DNA of 64,000 bases from the human T2T-CHM13v2.0 reference genome, Homo sapiens: assembly GCF_009914755.1 (NCBI RefSeq), contig NC_060939.1; one strand, given 5' to 3'. Shown in pieces: positions 1-18,623 of the stretch. A program made the translations under genes and the position numbers. The notes beneath the pieces are model-generated. The model did no database searches. It was not told the origin of the DNA and saw nothing but the letters and a program-made list of their open reading frames with translations. Position 1 is the first letter of the stretch. The number at the start of each line of letters is the position of its first letter.

Positions 1-2006
1 CTCCAGATTATGTAAATATCAATTCATATTCAAATGAATTTGAAATTTAGCTTTCAACATTTGCCTTTTTAATTCATCTTGAAATCATTGTGGTAATATT
101 ATTTCCTGTCCACTAGCATACTTTTTAATCCCAACAGTAAAGTTTCTGAAAAGACCACTAGTTCTTCTTTTGAGCAGTTACTGATACCTTGCCATTGAAG
201 GGGAGGATAGATGCCCACAGCCCCTCTCCTTCAACCACATATGTCCAAGTAAAACTAGTATTTCTTCTTTTTAAAAAGATAGACATAATTATTTTCCGTA
301 TTATTGAATACATTTCTGTTGTAACCTCAGTTCTACTCTTCAGAATCCTTTGTTCGATTTTCTTGTAGTTGATTTGATGATCCCACTCACACTTTCCTAC
401 CAGTTGTTCCAGAGACGATGGGCTTAGTCACACAGTGGGGAGACACGTTTGTGGGGGTTGGGTGGAAGTTCTGGTTCAGGTCTGCATCTGTTCACCATCA
501 TTTATGATGATGCTGTAACTCACATCTGCTCTTTGATGAGAAGTCACACAAGTAATTGCTAAATTAACCCGTCAAATCTAACTATCATTCAGCTATGTCT
601 CACTGAGCCTTTTCTGGACAAATCGTGTTGTTCTCAAGAATATTTATGTGACTTTATCCTTTGTGCAAAGGCTATAGGCAACGGAAGCGATAGGGGAAGT
701 ATGTGGAAGGTTGACCCACATAGCTGTTGCCATATGCAACTTTTCAATCTTCTTGATTTCTGCTTCTCTTCCCAGTTCTTATCATCCATAGTGATTTTTG
801 GAAAAACTGCCACTACATTGGCATTGTGAGTACTCAGAGTGGTGTGTCTCTTCTCCTTAGCTAGACTGTCAGGACAATTCTATTCGCTTTCAGACTTCCA
901 AATGTCATCACATCTTATTCGTGCCTGACCTCCTTTTCTCTCATTCGCAAGATATTCATGGCTCCTTTTAAATAGGATAATGGCCAAATGAAAAGTGTGT
1001 TATTTTCTGAAAAAATTGCTGAAAGGTGAGGAAAGTGGCAAATGTATTTGCCTATAAAATTTTTAAGGAAAAAATTAAGGTTGAAATGAAAGTAAGGATA
1101 TTTTCATCCAATTACCTCATTCAATTATCATAATCAAGGTCAGAAAAGAAAGAAACTTCAGTTCAGCCTTTGCTAGAAGTAACTTGCAACAAATCACACA
1201 TCTACTGACTCTGACATTCGCCCAGTGATAGCAGCAATGCTCCACATATCACATGCTATACTGAAATATAGCAATTAAAATAGTTTTCGATGCAGATCAA
1301 GCAGTAATTACTTTTGCCCAGAAATCTTAAAAAATAAATTGTATGTGGAGAACAGGAAGCTTAGGAAATGAGGGTGCCTTTTATCTTTGCAGTGACAATT
1401 TACCTTGCGCTCGCAGTGACATTTTCTAGATTTTAAAAATCAACGTTTTTTATTTTTATTTATTTATTTATTTTTTTAAATCTGCTGGCCCTTTTGCTTT
1501 TAGCAGCCACAGACTTCTTGGCCTCTCAAATGCCCGGATGCCTGAAACTTCTGAAGAGATACTGCCTTCAGCTTCTTCTCAGTCCCAGCACGGTGTGAAC
1601 ACGTAGCTCCGATGACGCCTCTGCTTGCTTCAGCCTGCTGGTGCTTAATTAGGTGCTTATCCTAATACCTTAGAACATACTTTCTGTAGATGGTTTAATT
1701 CCAACCATCATATATGCTTTTTCTCAGATTTTCTCCAGCTTCTCAAAACTTCCCTGTAAATGAGGCCTTGTAGGCAGCTTTCTTGCTATGACCTCACCTT
1801 CCATTCAGCACAGAAACAGCATCCATTGCTGTTATGCAATGGATAAAATTGTATAACAAAGGTTATGGTTTCATATCTTTAATGTTACTGGCAGACTTTA
1901 CTCCTGGCCTTCTCCTAATCAATAGGCCAGTCTTCCCCTCCCCAATCCCCCATTTTTAGCCATCTAATTTTATTCCTTACATTCGTTCTTATAAAGGCAA
2001 AAACCT

Positions 2007-2369
<363 letters not shown>

Positions 2370-2588
2370 TTAAAACACAAATTATTTGCTTATTATTTTT
2401 CACACTAATAACAAAGAATATAGACACTATATATGTTCCAATCACATTGATCATGCAGAAAATAAATATTCTTTGGTACTGGTTTTCCTTTGATCACAAA
2501 TAGATATGAGGGCAAAATGTCTTATCACTTATTTACAAATAACTGATGGCCAAAATGGATAATTGTCATGATAGAAGTTATTGACACT

Positions 2589-2797
2589 GGCTGGGTGGGG
2601 TGGCTCATGCTTGTAATCCTAGCACTTTGGGAGACCGAGAAAGGTGGGATCACCTGAGGTCAGGAGTTTGAGACCAGCCTGGCCAACATGTAGAAACCCT
2701 GTCTCTACATAAAAAAAAATAAAAAATAAATAAACACTCTTTGGTTTTGGTGGTGGGCACCTGTAATTCCAGTTACTTTGGGAGGCTGAGGCAGGAA
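2589..2797 (+). mobile_element. AluS element lacking the 3' part of the right arm and the A tail, flanked by TSD
   Basis: Alu ends at GGAGGCTGAGGCAGGAA; flanks AGAAGTTATTGACAC (2573-2587) and AGAAGTTATTGATAC (2798-2812). Confidence 0.85.
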
Positions 2798-3502
2798 AGA
2801 AGTTATTGATACAAATATTTGCAAAAATAAAAAGTTATTTGATACCCACAAATAATTCCAAAGTATGTCCATGTGCTAATTTGTAAATAGGAAGGAAGTT
2901 CTTATTTTGAAACTTGCAGCCTGGAAAATATTTATAAGGTTGTTATGACATTGATAACTGGAGTACTTCCTATATCAACTTACTAGAATTTTGGAGACTG
3001 ACTTTAAAATATAATAAAAAGGGAAAGACAGGGAATTGAACTTCCTTCTCATGTTTTTTACAAATTTTACAGGGAGCCAGTCTCATTTATGTAATCACAG
3101 ATTTATTTTACAAGTTTGGACTTGCAAAAATATGCCAAAATTTGAATGCCTTACCCATTTTTTTGGGAAGCAGCTAAAATATGTAATGCACTGACCTTTT
3201 AATGTTCACTTTGATTGGTTAATGGTTACACCTTTACAGCTCAGTCAGATTGTAAACAAGGGGACAAAACTGAATATATAAGGTCAGAGAAGTATAGTGA
3301 CAAAATTTATGAACCCCTATACATTTCCTATGAATAAAAAATGATTAAAATTCATACGTTTGCTTTTTAAATATATACATAAGAAACATCAAAAATTAAT
3401 TCAAAGCATATATTAGCAAATATATTCTTAATTTTGTCTTGAATAACCTTCTTTAGGTGTGCCTTTTTCTACAAAGTTATGTCTTCATTAAACATTTTTC
3501 AA

Positions 3503-4848
<1,346 letters not shown>

Positions 4849-5724
4849 TTTGAGTTTGCATATAGTTACGGTAGTACTGAAAAATCCTCGCAATTTAGGT
4901 TTTTGTTTTCAGTTTTGTTTCTCTGTTTTCTAGTGCATAATGACTTAATAAATATTCATTTAACAAAAATTGAAATCTCAAAGGTACATATAAATAAACA
5001 ATATAAATAACCATCCTTATTACAGTTAACTTTGTGCTTTAAAAAAAAAAGGCATCCAAAGAAAGACAGACGTATTCATGCAATAAAATCTTAGCAATCC
5101 CTGCAATAGTTTAACAGAATTATCAGCCCTCCCATCTTAGTCTGGACAGAATGAAAAAAAAATTAGTTCTCTCGTGTTATTCTTTGAGCTCCAACTAGGA
5201 AAAATTACTGAAAACAGCTGGACGTTACAACTGTTTTGGGCAGAGAAGTCACACTGTTCAGGAGGACCCCATGGTAGAAACTGTTTTAAAAAAGTTCTTT
5301 TTACTTGAAATTACACAAGAAAGCAGAAAATGACATTGCAAAAAGGAAAAAAGTATAGGCAGGAACATTGTTACAGAAGCCAGGTGACAATGAGAAGTAG
5401 AGAGTAGAAAGCAATCAACCCTTTTGACCACTGAGAATGAGGATAGTAGAAATTCAATGGCTCATGGATAGCAATAGTCACTCACATGTCAATAACAGGG
5501 ATTCTGAAGAGTCAGACTTATGCATACACAGAGCATCTCTACCACATGCATGAATTATGTGTGAGTTTGGTGATAATGAAGAGAGACAAACTGCTGCATC
5601 AACTAATATACTCTGGGAGTGAAGAGCAGGATAAAAAAAAAACTGTAGAGACCACTACTCTAGGTCATTTAAGTATTTTAAGGAGAAAAAAATAACATAA
5701 TAGAAGAAAGTGATAACTATCTGG

Positions 5725-6265
5725 AGTGGTGGGATGGGTGGCTTCTGACACAGCTCCCATGTTTCTGATTCCACCTCCCGATATCTTGTATTATCTCCCC
5801 TTCTTGAGTATGAGCTGGACCTGGTGCCTTGCTGGTAAGAGACAGAATTCAACAAAAGTAATGCGGTGTTACTTCCTTGGTTAGCTAACAAGGAACTATG
5901 TCTTGCCCCTTGCTAGCCACCCCCAACTCTTACTGGCATTCCCTCTTGCCCTCTCGCTTGCTTGCTTTGATAAAGAGAGTTGCCATGTTGTGTGATGCTT
6001 TGTGGAGAGACCCACGTGACAAGGAACCAAGGGAGTTTACAGCACAACACCTGGCACAAAACTAAAGCCAACAACTATGTGAGTGAGTCTGCAAATAAAT
6101 CATTCCCTGTCCAGCCTTAAGATGACTGCAGACTTTTAAAAGAGTGAGAGTCAGAGGCCACAGCTAATCCACATGTGGATTCCCACCAACAAAAATTGAA
6201 ATAATGTGTGTTTTAAAATGCTAAGTTTGGGGGTGATATGTTACATATAAATAGATAAATAATAA
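5725..6265 (+). mobile_element. MaLR LTR (MLT1E/F-like)
   Basis: MLT1 motifs: GCCATGTTGTG...GAGAGACCCACGTGACAAGGAAC, CAGCCTTAAGATGACTGCAG, terminal CTAAGTTTGGGGGTGATATGTTAC. Confidence 0.7.
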
Positions 6266-7057
6266 AGATGGTTTGGCATGGAGATAATGACAGAAAGGAA
6301 TTCGACTATTTTAATAGTCCAATGAAGAGGTATGAAAGATCTGAATTTGGATGGTAGCAGTGTGAATGATGTAAAAGATAAATGTGAGATTCTATAAGGT
6401 AAGATTTTATAGGACCTACCAATAATAGGGGTGAGAGGAGGATAGAGAGATGGGAGAGAGAAAGGGAGGGGGAAAGAGAGAAAAGGAGAGGGAGAAGTGG
6501 TAAATGAACAAGATTTTTAGTTCAAGTCAGTAGGAAAACCACTGGCAGAGTTGTTTTATTTAAGCATTAACAATTACTTTCCGAGCAACTGTGATGTGTA
6601 AGACATTATGTTATCTGTACTAGACACTGAGATGAACCCTCAAAATGGTGACGCCCTCAAAATGGTATAGTGCAAAGTAGAATGTTGTGAAATTTTTCCT
6701 AATGGAGAAATTCATCCAATTAGCATTTGAGGAAAGGTATATGTGAGTTGGACTTTGGATAGTAACATACAGAGATTAGCATTAGAAAGGAAGCAAAATA
6801 TTTCATTAGACATATAAAGAAGTCAATAGTTTATTTTCACTAGATTGCAAGCATATGAAAAAGACAACAGGAAAATGTGTCTCAATTGTCAGCCTAAATT
6901 TAACATCTTATTCTGTAGTGAAATCACAGGACAAGTAAATAGATGTCTTGCACTTAGGACAAATTATTTAAGTTTGTTGAGGAAATGAGATGATTGATTT
7001 TATTTTTAAGTAATAAGTAATGTGAGAAAATCTGCAATCAGTAAGATTTATGTAGAT

Positions 7058-7248
7058 CCAGGCTCAACAAACTACTGCCGATGGGCCAAATCTAGTCTGC
7101 AGCTCATTCATGTAAACAAAGTTTCATTGGAATATAGCCGTCCTCATTCATTACGTAATGTCTATGGCTTTGACAGAGACTGTGCCACCTGCAAAGTCAA
7201 AAATATTTACTATCTGTCCCTGGACATGAAACGCTTCTCAATCCCTGG
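7058..7248 (+). mobile_element. MER58A-like hAT/Charlie DNA transposon
   Basis: CAAACTAC..GGGCCAAATCT..AAAGTTTCATTGGAATATAGCC..CAGAGACTGTG..AAAATATTTACTATCTG motifs. Confidence 0.75.
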
Positions 7249-9155
7249 TCTACATCATAAAATGGATTTGAGTGGAGAGAAAGAAAAAAAACTCATTAAA
7301 ACATATGGGGTGTTACTGCCTTAAACAAGTAGTATACTAACAATAGAAATGGAAAGGAAAAGTTGGAGTGTGCATGTGGGTATGCATCTGTGTGCATTTG
7401 TGTGTATGTGATGAAAACTGTTTAAATGCAGGGTACAATATAGAAGAGGAGGCCATCGTGGTGCTTAGATGGCTCTGAATTGACAGTCTCCTCCGTTAAT
7501 ATTTAAGTGCAATTTTGGAGGAATAAGTCTTTCCACTCAACTCTTAAGTGGTTTAATCAACTGGCCATATTTTTTTCCTAATGGTTAGAAAGGATAAGTT
7601 ACTCAGAAGGAAAAGTAGTACTGATTGAGAAAGAATTATAATGGAAGGTGGGGGGTGATTGCATACTTCTAGGAAAGCTGGAGGGAACAGCTAAAAAACA
7701 GTATGATACTGAACACTTGGATGAAAGCATGAGTGAAAGCAGGTGAGAGCAGCCCTAAAAGGACGCCAGTTTGCACCAAAAGTAAACACTGGTTTTCATG
7801 CTGCCTCTTGTATATATGTATCAAAAGATACTGGTACTTAATGTATAAATTAGAATATTAACTTTTAAAATATGAATTGAACTTATATGGGGTTTAAAAA
7901 AATCAATTATTTAAAAACATCACCAGGTTCCTTTTGTTGTTTAAATTCTCTCCTGATAGAACTAAATAGGGGTCTCTTAAACAGGGTTCAAGAAGCAGAA
8001 ACATACATAATGGTACTCAGGATTCAATGCATTAAAGATTAATATTCCTTGAATTAGAAGAGCCGAACTAAGTATCCAAACACCAGATATAGGTCTAGAA
8101 TAGCAGATACATCTAAGTAGGTTTCAACTGTCTAAGGGCACATGCCTGGTGCAGGGACATGAACAAATTGTGAGTAAACAGGGATAAAAGCCCTATGAGG
8201 GATGTTTAACATTGAAATGTATAAAGTTTTTATTTAATCACAAAGTTTTCTATATTGGCTAAAATTTTATAATGATAATGAATTATTCATGTGAAAATTA
8301 AAAACTGTTTTTTTTGTATTTTTAAAGAAAAAAGCACAAATACACCCATAGAACACTGTGAAATATTATCTTTCACAATGTACACCAGGCCAGGAAATTA
8401 TTGGGCTAATTTGAGTCTTCAACAAAATTTTACTTTGTGAAGAAATAAGACAATGCTGGAGGGACCAAGGTTTTCATTTGCCTGTGCTCCTTCTGATGCC
8501 ATCTTTACTCTCCAGGTGAAAGGATGTTTCTGAGATCAATATTCCTCTCCTTTGATAGTTACCTTCTTTTAAAACCTACTGAACACTGACTTACTCAGCT
8601 CCACTCTATTCTTCCCCGTTTCCTCTGGGTCCTTTGATAATAGATGCTGGTATCCCTGTCTGTCATTCACTCCTATATGGTTCTCAGGATTTGTTTGCTG
8701 TTCCTCCCTCTGTTAACCTGAGCCTTACGGGCCAAAGTAAATTACTCTCCCAGCACCTTTTATACAGAGTGGTCCATAGTAGTTTTCCTGACACCTATGT
8801 TATTACACATTTCTCTCCAAGAACATCTCTAAAGCTTTATGATTTATACATTTGAGTTACCTTAGACCAATTGACCTAAACACAAGATATGCTGTCACAT
8901 TTTAAGCTGCTTCCTCAGAATATGTTGGTTGAAATCTACTGCCTCTCCCTTGTCCAGGGTTTCTAAATACCCGTAGGGTAGCTTCTCAATAATATATATT
9001 ACTAATAGCTCAGAATGATTATTATACTAACAAGAACTTTTTACTTTCATTACTGTGTCAGAGGACTCGGAATATCATTAGCAAAACCTGTTTAGAACAG
9101 CCATCTTAAATCCTTGTTGAACCAATTCCAGCATGCTTTTAATTTAAGTAATCCT

Positions 9156-9515
<360 letters not shown>

Positions 9516-11863
9516 CTATATGTACGTTTGAAAGATCTCTTTAGTCCTTTAAAAACTTCATGAGATGTATAATTTTATAAATATTGAGATGCTTTGGGAA
9601 AAATATTGAAGAAAGGCCATTTGATTAGGCATAAAGCACTTAAAGTGAATGCCAAGAAAGTTGCATAGGTCAAAATAGGTCCACAAAAATGTATAGATTA
9701 ATGAACCTTCCAATGTGAACTGACTGTTTCTCTGAGTATCTTTTATAATTATGGGTGAAGGCTGAGGATTGGGCCTGGCCCAGATATGGATTAGGGGTAA
9801 AATAAGCAGTGGCACACAAAAGATATTTTCCCTGAGGCGTATTGACTGAATTATTGTGATATATGCAAGAATGAGGAGTTATTCCAGAAGATTTCAAGAG
9901 ACAGAATAAAATCTTCAAGAGTATCACAGCAACTGGGAGACAAACTCATTGCAAAGAAGAGAGGCTGCCCCAAAAGCATGGCCAACTCCCTTGTTCAACA
10001 CATTTCTAAGATTTTGAAGCTGAATAGGGTGAAATGCTAAAGGGCTAAGCCCAATACCCCTGAAATTAAAATTTAATCTCCAACAACATTTTTTGAGACT
10101 AATGAGAAGTAGTTCCTACCAGCTGTCAATCAAAAGCTCAAAAGGAACATACTTCAGAAACAGAGATAAGCCAAAGATGCCAGTCTTACTGAAACTAAAA
10201 CTGAATCCTGACTGCTCCAATATCTGATTGTATTGGTAATGACTTTCTCCCAACACTATCTGCTTAATAGAGAAAAGTGGGAATACATTCTAAAACTACT
10301 ATTACCAGAATACTTTATTATTCTTTTATACACAATGTCCAGCATGATACAAAAAACGTCTAGATATGTGAAGTGGCAAAAATTGTATTAATCAAAACAC
10401 ATGTGCACAATAAGCGCAGCTCACTGATTCACAGTTCAGAATTTAGCAGACAAATTTAGAATGACCGTTGCTAATATAATAAAAGTAGGCAAACTGGATG
10501 AAATGATGGAGATTGCAGCAAAGATTTAAATATCTATAAAAAGTCACACAGATATTCTAAAACAGAAACATAATAATTGAACTTATGTCACTGAATAGGC
10601 TTGCTTTAGAATAAATGTAGTAAAACAAGTTAACCTGAAAGGAGATTCATAGAAATAATATAAATTGATCTATAGAAATAATCTCAACTGAAGAGATTTA
10701 ATAAAGCAGAACAAAAAAGACATAAGGCACTGTCACAACATCTACTATAACTAAACTGGACATAAAGACAAGTGAGAGAGAATGGAGAAGAAGCAATATC
10801 GGAAGAGCCGTTGGTCAAAAATTTTGTAAAATTGATAAAGAATATCAACCTACTTGCAAGAAACTTAACAAAACCTAAGGAATATAATACAAATAAAACT
10901 TTACCTATGCAGATTATAAGCTGCTGAACCAAAACAAAACTCTCAAAAGTAAGTAAAAGAGCACAAATAAGTATTCCAACAAAAACAATAGAAGCTGGAG
11001 ACAATGAAATGGCATTTTAACATGCTGAGGGGCAAATTTGCCAGTCTAAAATTTAATAACCAGTGAAAAAGCACATAAAAGTGAAGCGCAGTAAAATATA
11101 TTCAGACAAGTAATTGTTGAGAGAATGTTTGCCTAGGAGAACTGAACTACAGAAATACTAAGGAAAGTTCTTCAGACTAAGAAAAAATTATCCCAGAGAG
11201 AAGCATACAATTAGAGGAAGCAATGAAATTAACTGAAATAAAAGCCTTAAAATATTGGCACAAGAAGTTCTAAAGATCTGAGTAAGTTCTGTATGTATTA
11301 TAGAAACTACATTTATGATTAACACATTTTACACACACACACACACACAATTCCAACCACATGTGGATTACCTGGTGAATCCTTACCAAAACTTAAGGAA
11401 CTAATTGAACTAGTCTTACACAAGCATTTTCAGGAAATAATACAAAAGAAAGAACACTTTAATTTTTTTGTGGGAAGCCAGTAATCATTGATACAAAAAT
11501 CTGAAAGATATTAAAGAAAAGTAATTTATAAAGAATATTCACCATGAAAATAAACCTGAGAAGTAAGGATAAATATAATTAACTTGTCTTTTACAAAGTT
11601 TAAATGTTGAATAAAATATATGACAAAGAGTGGGAGTAGCTAAATAGTGTTCAACTGCTCTAAGGTCCTTACATTGTTGGAGAAGTGGAAAAAGTACGAA
11701 CATACTTCAGAAATAGTAGTCCACAATAGTTGAGAATAAATATTATATCCTCTAGGATAACTAAGGTACTTAAGGTAGTCCACAATAGTCTAGAATAAAT
11801 ATTCTGTAGGATAACTAAAAGTACTAAAAAGGAATTACAAGTATTTTAATAAAATGAAAAATA

Positions 11864-12490
<627 letters not shown>

Positions 12491-13114
12491 CCAAAAAAGG
12501 AAATAAGAATAAAAAAAGATAGTACAAATATAAAAATATTAAATCCAGAATTTGAAAGATTAAATCCAGAATTTTAATACAGAAGATTGTTTCAGAAGAT
12601 TGTTTCAGAAGATGTGGAATAACTACCACTCTTATAGACTGTTGTGTGAATGTGAATCTGAACAACCATCTTGAAAATTCTTTTGGCGAGATCTACTGAA
12701 GTTAAATGTTTGCATACCTTTTGACCCAGCAATTCCACTCCTGGGTATATATACTCAAGATCAATGAGTACTTCAGTCTAACAAAAGATATATATAAGAT
12801 ATTCAATTAGCATTATTTATAGTAGCCCAAAATTAGAAACAGATGAATCATCCAATAACACAGTTATATATTCATAAAATGGAATACCCCTATTAAAATT
12901 ATAAAGTATGAACTATAGGTATATACAAGAATCTCATAAATTTTGAAAACCTAATATTGAATAAAATCAGCCATATGCAGGAGCATATATACTGCATGAT
13001 ACTATTTTTATGAAGCTCATTAACAGCCTATTAACATTAATTCATTAATGGAATGAATCTATATAAATAGAGGTCAGTATAGGAGTTATCTTTTTTTGGG
13101 TTGTAGTTGACTGA

Positions 13115-13481
<367 letters not shown>

Positions 13482-14044
13482 TGAAGCTATGTGAAAATTC
13501 AATGAGGTATATACTTAAGATCTGTACACTCTGTTATGTGTAAATTATACATTAATATTTAAAAGAAAAATAAGTAGATTAATAAAGCACAGTTTGGTTT
13601 TACAGATACCTATCTATGACCCAACCATTCTACATTTAAGTATATACCCAACAGATATGACTGGGAATTTTTTACACCAAAAGACTTTCATTATAATATT
13701 ATTTTTATATGCAGACACTCAAAACAGTTCAATTGTCCACCAACAGCAGAATGTAAAAATATTTTATGGATCATTGATAGAGTGGAATAAAATACAGCAA
13801 TTAAAGAACTGCTGCTACATCTGTGGTGTCACAAATATGCCTGCATTCATAGAAATTTCCTCAGGAAAAATGAATCTATTGTAGAGGAAGTCAGAAAAGT
13901 GTTCTATTTGGTAGAAGAAAATTAATGAGGCATGAAAGAGGCTTCTGAGGTGCTCTTGTTTATGGTGGTCACATGACTGAGTCCATATTGAAAGATTATA
14001 AAAATTGTACACTTATGATTGATGCACTTTTTAGTCTATAACAA

Positions 14045-14512
14045 TGTATTCATTTGCAGGAGCTACTCTCCAAGGTACCACAAACCGGGTGGCTTAAAAC
14101 AACTCACATTTATTGTGTCACGGTTTGGGAAGCTAGAAGGCTGAAAACAAGATGTAGTCAAGGTAGTTTCCTCCAGAAGGATATAAGGGAGGCTGTCTGT
14201 GTCTCTTGCATCTCTCCCAGGATCTGGTGGTTTGTTGGAAATCACTGGTGTTTCTGAGTTTACAGATGTGTCAGCCCAGTCTTCCATATAGTGTCTGCAT
14301 ATAGTCTTCCCTCTGTGCATGTTCCCCTTGTGTTCAATTTTCCCCTTTTTATAAGAACACTAGTAATATTGGATTAGTACCCACCCTAATGACCCCATTT
14401 TAACTAGATAACCTCTGTAAAGACTCTATTTCTATATAAGGTCACATTCTAAAGTATTGGGGGTTAGGGCATTAGCATATATTTTCGGGAAAAACACAGT
14501 TCAACCCATAAC
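14045..14512 (-). mobile_element. MaLR LTR (MLT1B/C-like)
   Basis: TACCACAAACCGGGTGGCTTAAAACAAC..., GGATTAGTACCCACCCTAATGACC, terminal ACACAGTTCAACCCATAACA. Confidence 0.8.
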
Positions 14513-14888
14513 AACATATAATTCCATTTTTAAAATCCCAAAATTACATCTAGCCTAAAAAGGAATGAAATTGAAATAAAGATCGCAGAGGCCTGCAGTA
14601 AGCCTTGATGATGTAATACCTGTTTATAAACCAAATGTTAGAATGGCTTGAAACAGAATTGAACATTTTTGCGCTATAAGACACATAGGAGAAATTTTAA
14701 GTACTTTTTTTGGATGAGACATTAGTCTCAACAAGACTGAATGATTTTCTTTTAAGGTCACACATTTAAATAGTTAACAGGAGAAATAGCGACCAGAATC
14801 ATAGTCAAATACCCACCTACCCCCTTTCCAAGACAACTAAGGTCTCAAATTGCGCCCATTTTTCTCAAATTATTTCTAGAATGTTTAG

Positions 14889-15465
<577 letters not shown>

Positions 15466-16200
15466 TTTTATTTTTAATAGAGCATTGGAAAATGAATTCT
15501 GCATAGCTAGCTAATGAAGGAAATCCAGAGTCATTGCCAAAACCGAGTTTTAAAGGAATTTGCAATCCTTCACAGTTCATTCAAGGAGGCAATGGAAATT
15601 TTGAAGAAGAATTTTTTTAAAATCTTTCTTAAAAGGAGCCCTTACATTGGCATTGTATCACGACTAAAGTCTTGCTCCCTCCCTCTCTCCCTTCTATGCT
15701 TTTTGTTTCTCTTTTCTATCTTTCAATGACATCAGTTTCATGGAGATAAATGGTTAAAAGATAATGATTACAACACATACAGTTGAGTGACACAAATCTT
15801 GTTGTAGTGTTAGAAATACATCAATACATTGGGATCATAAAGAGAAATGGCAAGAAAAAAAATCTAAGTTAATAACAGAAAATGCTGATTCCCACAGTCC
15901 GTGTAGAAAATACACGTTTTTTCCTGTCAGTGGAGATAACTGAGACCAGTTAATATTGTCAATTCTGTTCCTTCTGACTGAGCCAGGTGAGGCAAAATTT
16001 AGCAGATGACTTGAGGGACAAAACTATGACCTTGGCAACATAAAAATTAATACTGTCTACATTGTTTACTAGGAAATGCATGCAAAATTAATACACTCTT
16101 GGTAGTACAGGTTGGTTTCACTTCTATAGTGTGTAGTTACTAGAAAGCTGATTCAACAGATGATAGATTCAACAGACGACATAGAATTGTCTAAAATCCA

Positions 16201-16552
<352 letters not shown>

Positions 16553-17116
16553 TCACTTGTTTGCCTCAGGAACAGTAGCTGTTCAGATTTGTTCTTTGAT
16601 TTTGGAAATGAGGTTACCGTGCTCTGTAGTGTCAGGAAGATGACGTGGCATAATCAGGCAAACGGCTAGGCATTTTCTCAGCAGTAAATTACCAGTGCCC
16701 TTGCTTGCCATAATACCCACAAAAGGCAGAGGCAGTTTCCTGAGGCAATCCAGGCCACAAAGAACTGTACATTTGGGGAAAACGTATCTTCAAATATATA
16801 TGTTAAAATCTAAAAAATTGGTTAGTATGTATTACTTTTGTGGATATTTAAACATTCCCTATGCATAAAGACCTAGTTAAAGAGGTGCAGGCATTTGGCA
16901 TGTTAAATAACTCCTTGATGAGAAACCACACTATGAATAATAAATATGACTTAATAAAAATGAAAAATAATGAGATTAGTTTCTATTGAACTATTCTTGC
17001 TTAGAATGCCCCTGAATTTCAGTCATAGAAATTCACTTGTACCTGGGTAAGTTACAAGTACTTATTTGTGCTGGTTTCTGTGTCATTGGCAATTAAAATT
17101 TTGGTAAGTTGAATAA

Positions 17117-17445
<329 letters not shown>

Positions 17446-18326
17446 AAAAGGGAGTTCTTACACTGGCAATGTATCATGATTAACGTTTTCCTCCCTCTTT
17501 CTCTCCCTCCCACATATGTATTTTCGTGTCAGTATATGTATATGTGATTTGTGCCATTTGTGTGTGTGTAGGTAAATGAAAGTGGCATCAAGAAAATCTC
17601 ACATTAAAAAAATTTGAGATAGTACAATTCTTATGCATCATATGTTGCATAATGTTTGACTATTAAGAAATTTGCATCACACGTCTACTTATTTCATTAA
17701 ACATGTTACAGGCAATTAATTTACTTACACCCTCCATTTCTTTTTTCCCACTCTCTGGGTCTCCTGCTGCAGGGTCATTATATGTTCCACTCACAAAATG
17801 TCCTTGTTTTTCCCTTACTCCTGTCATTGATCTTCTGAATCTTTCTGGTGAATTTAGCATGGATGTTTTGATAGAAAGCTCTGGCATTAACTCTGGAGTT
17901 GTTTTGCAAGGAAGATTGTTCTCTTTTTCACCATTTTTTTTTTTAGGTCCTTGAAGTGTTTTCACATAGATATTTCACAAGAGCCATTTCAGAACTGAGA
18001 ACATTCGGCGTGCACTTTTCCTCTTTTGGTCCCACAGTTTTTATGAGTCCTACTTGAAATTATGTTTGCTCCCGTTTCAATTGTAATATTGCACTTACTC
18101 ATTAGTTTTTAGTTTGAACTCTCCTGGGAGGTCTAATGTAGAGTTTGGACAAAGACACAGATTCATAATAAACCTACCCAGTCAATTTGGTATAAAGGCT
18201 TAGAAGGTGGAACTGGCCACATTTTGAATTGGAGGTAAGTATCAGGAATGGTAATGGAGAGACATACAGGATTTTCTTATGGGAACAAGAAACAACCTCT
18301 GGGCAGTATTAGAGCCCAGAGAGTGA

Positions 18327-18623
<297 letters not shown>

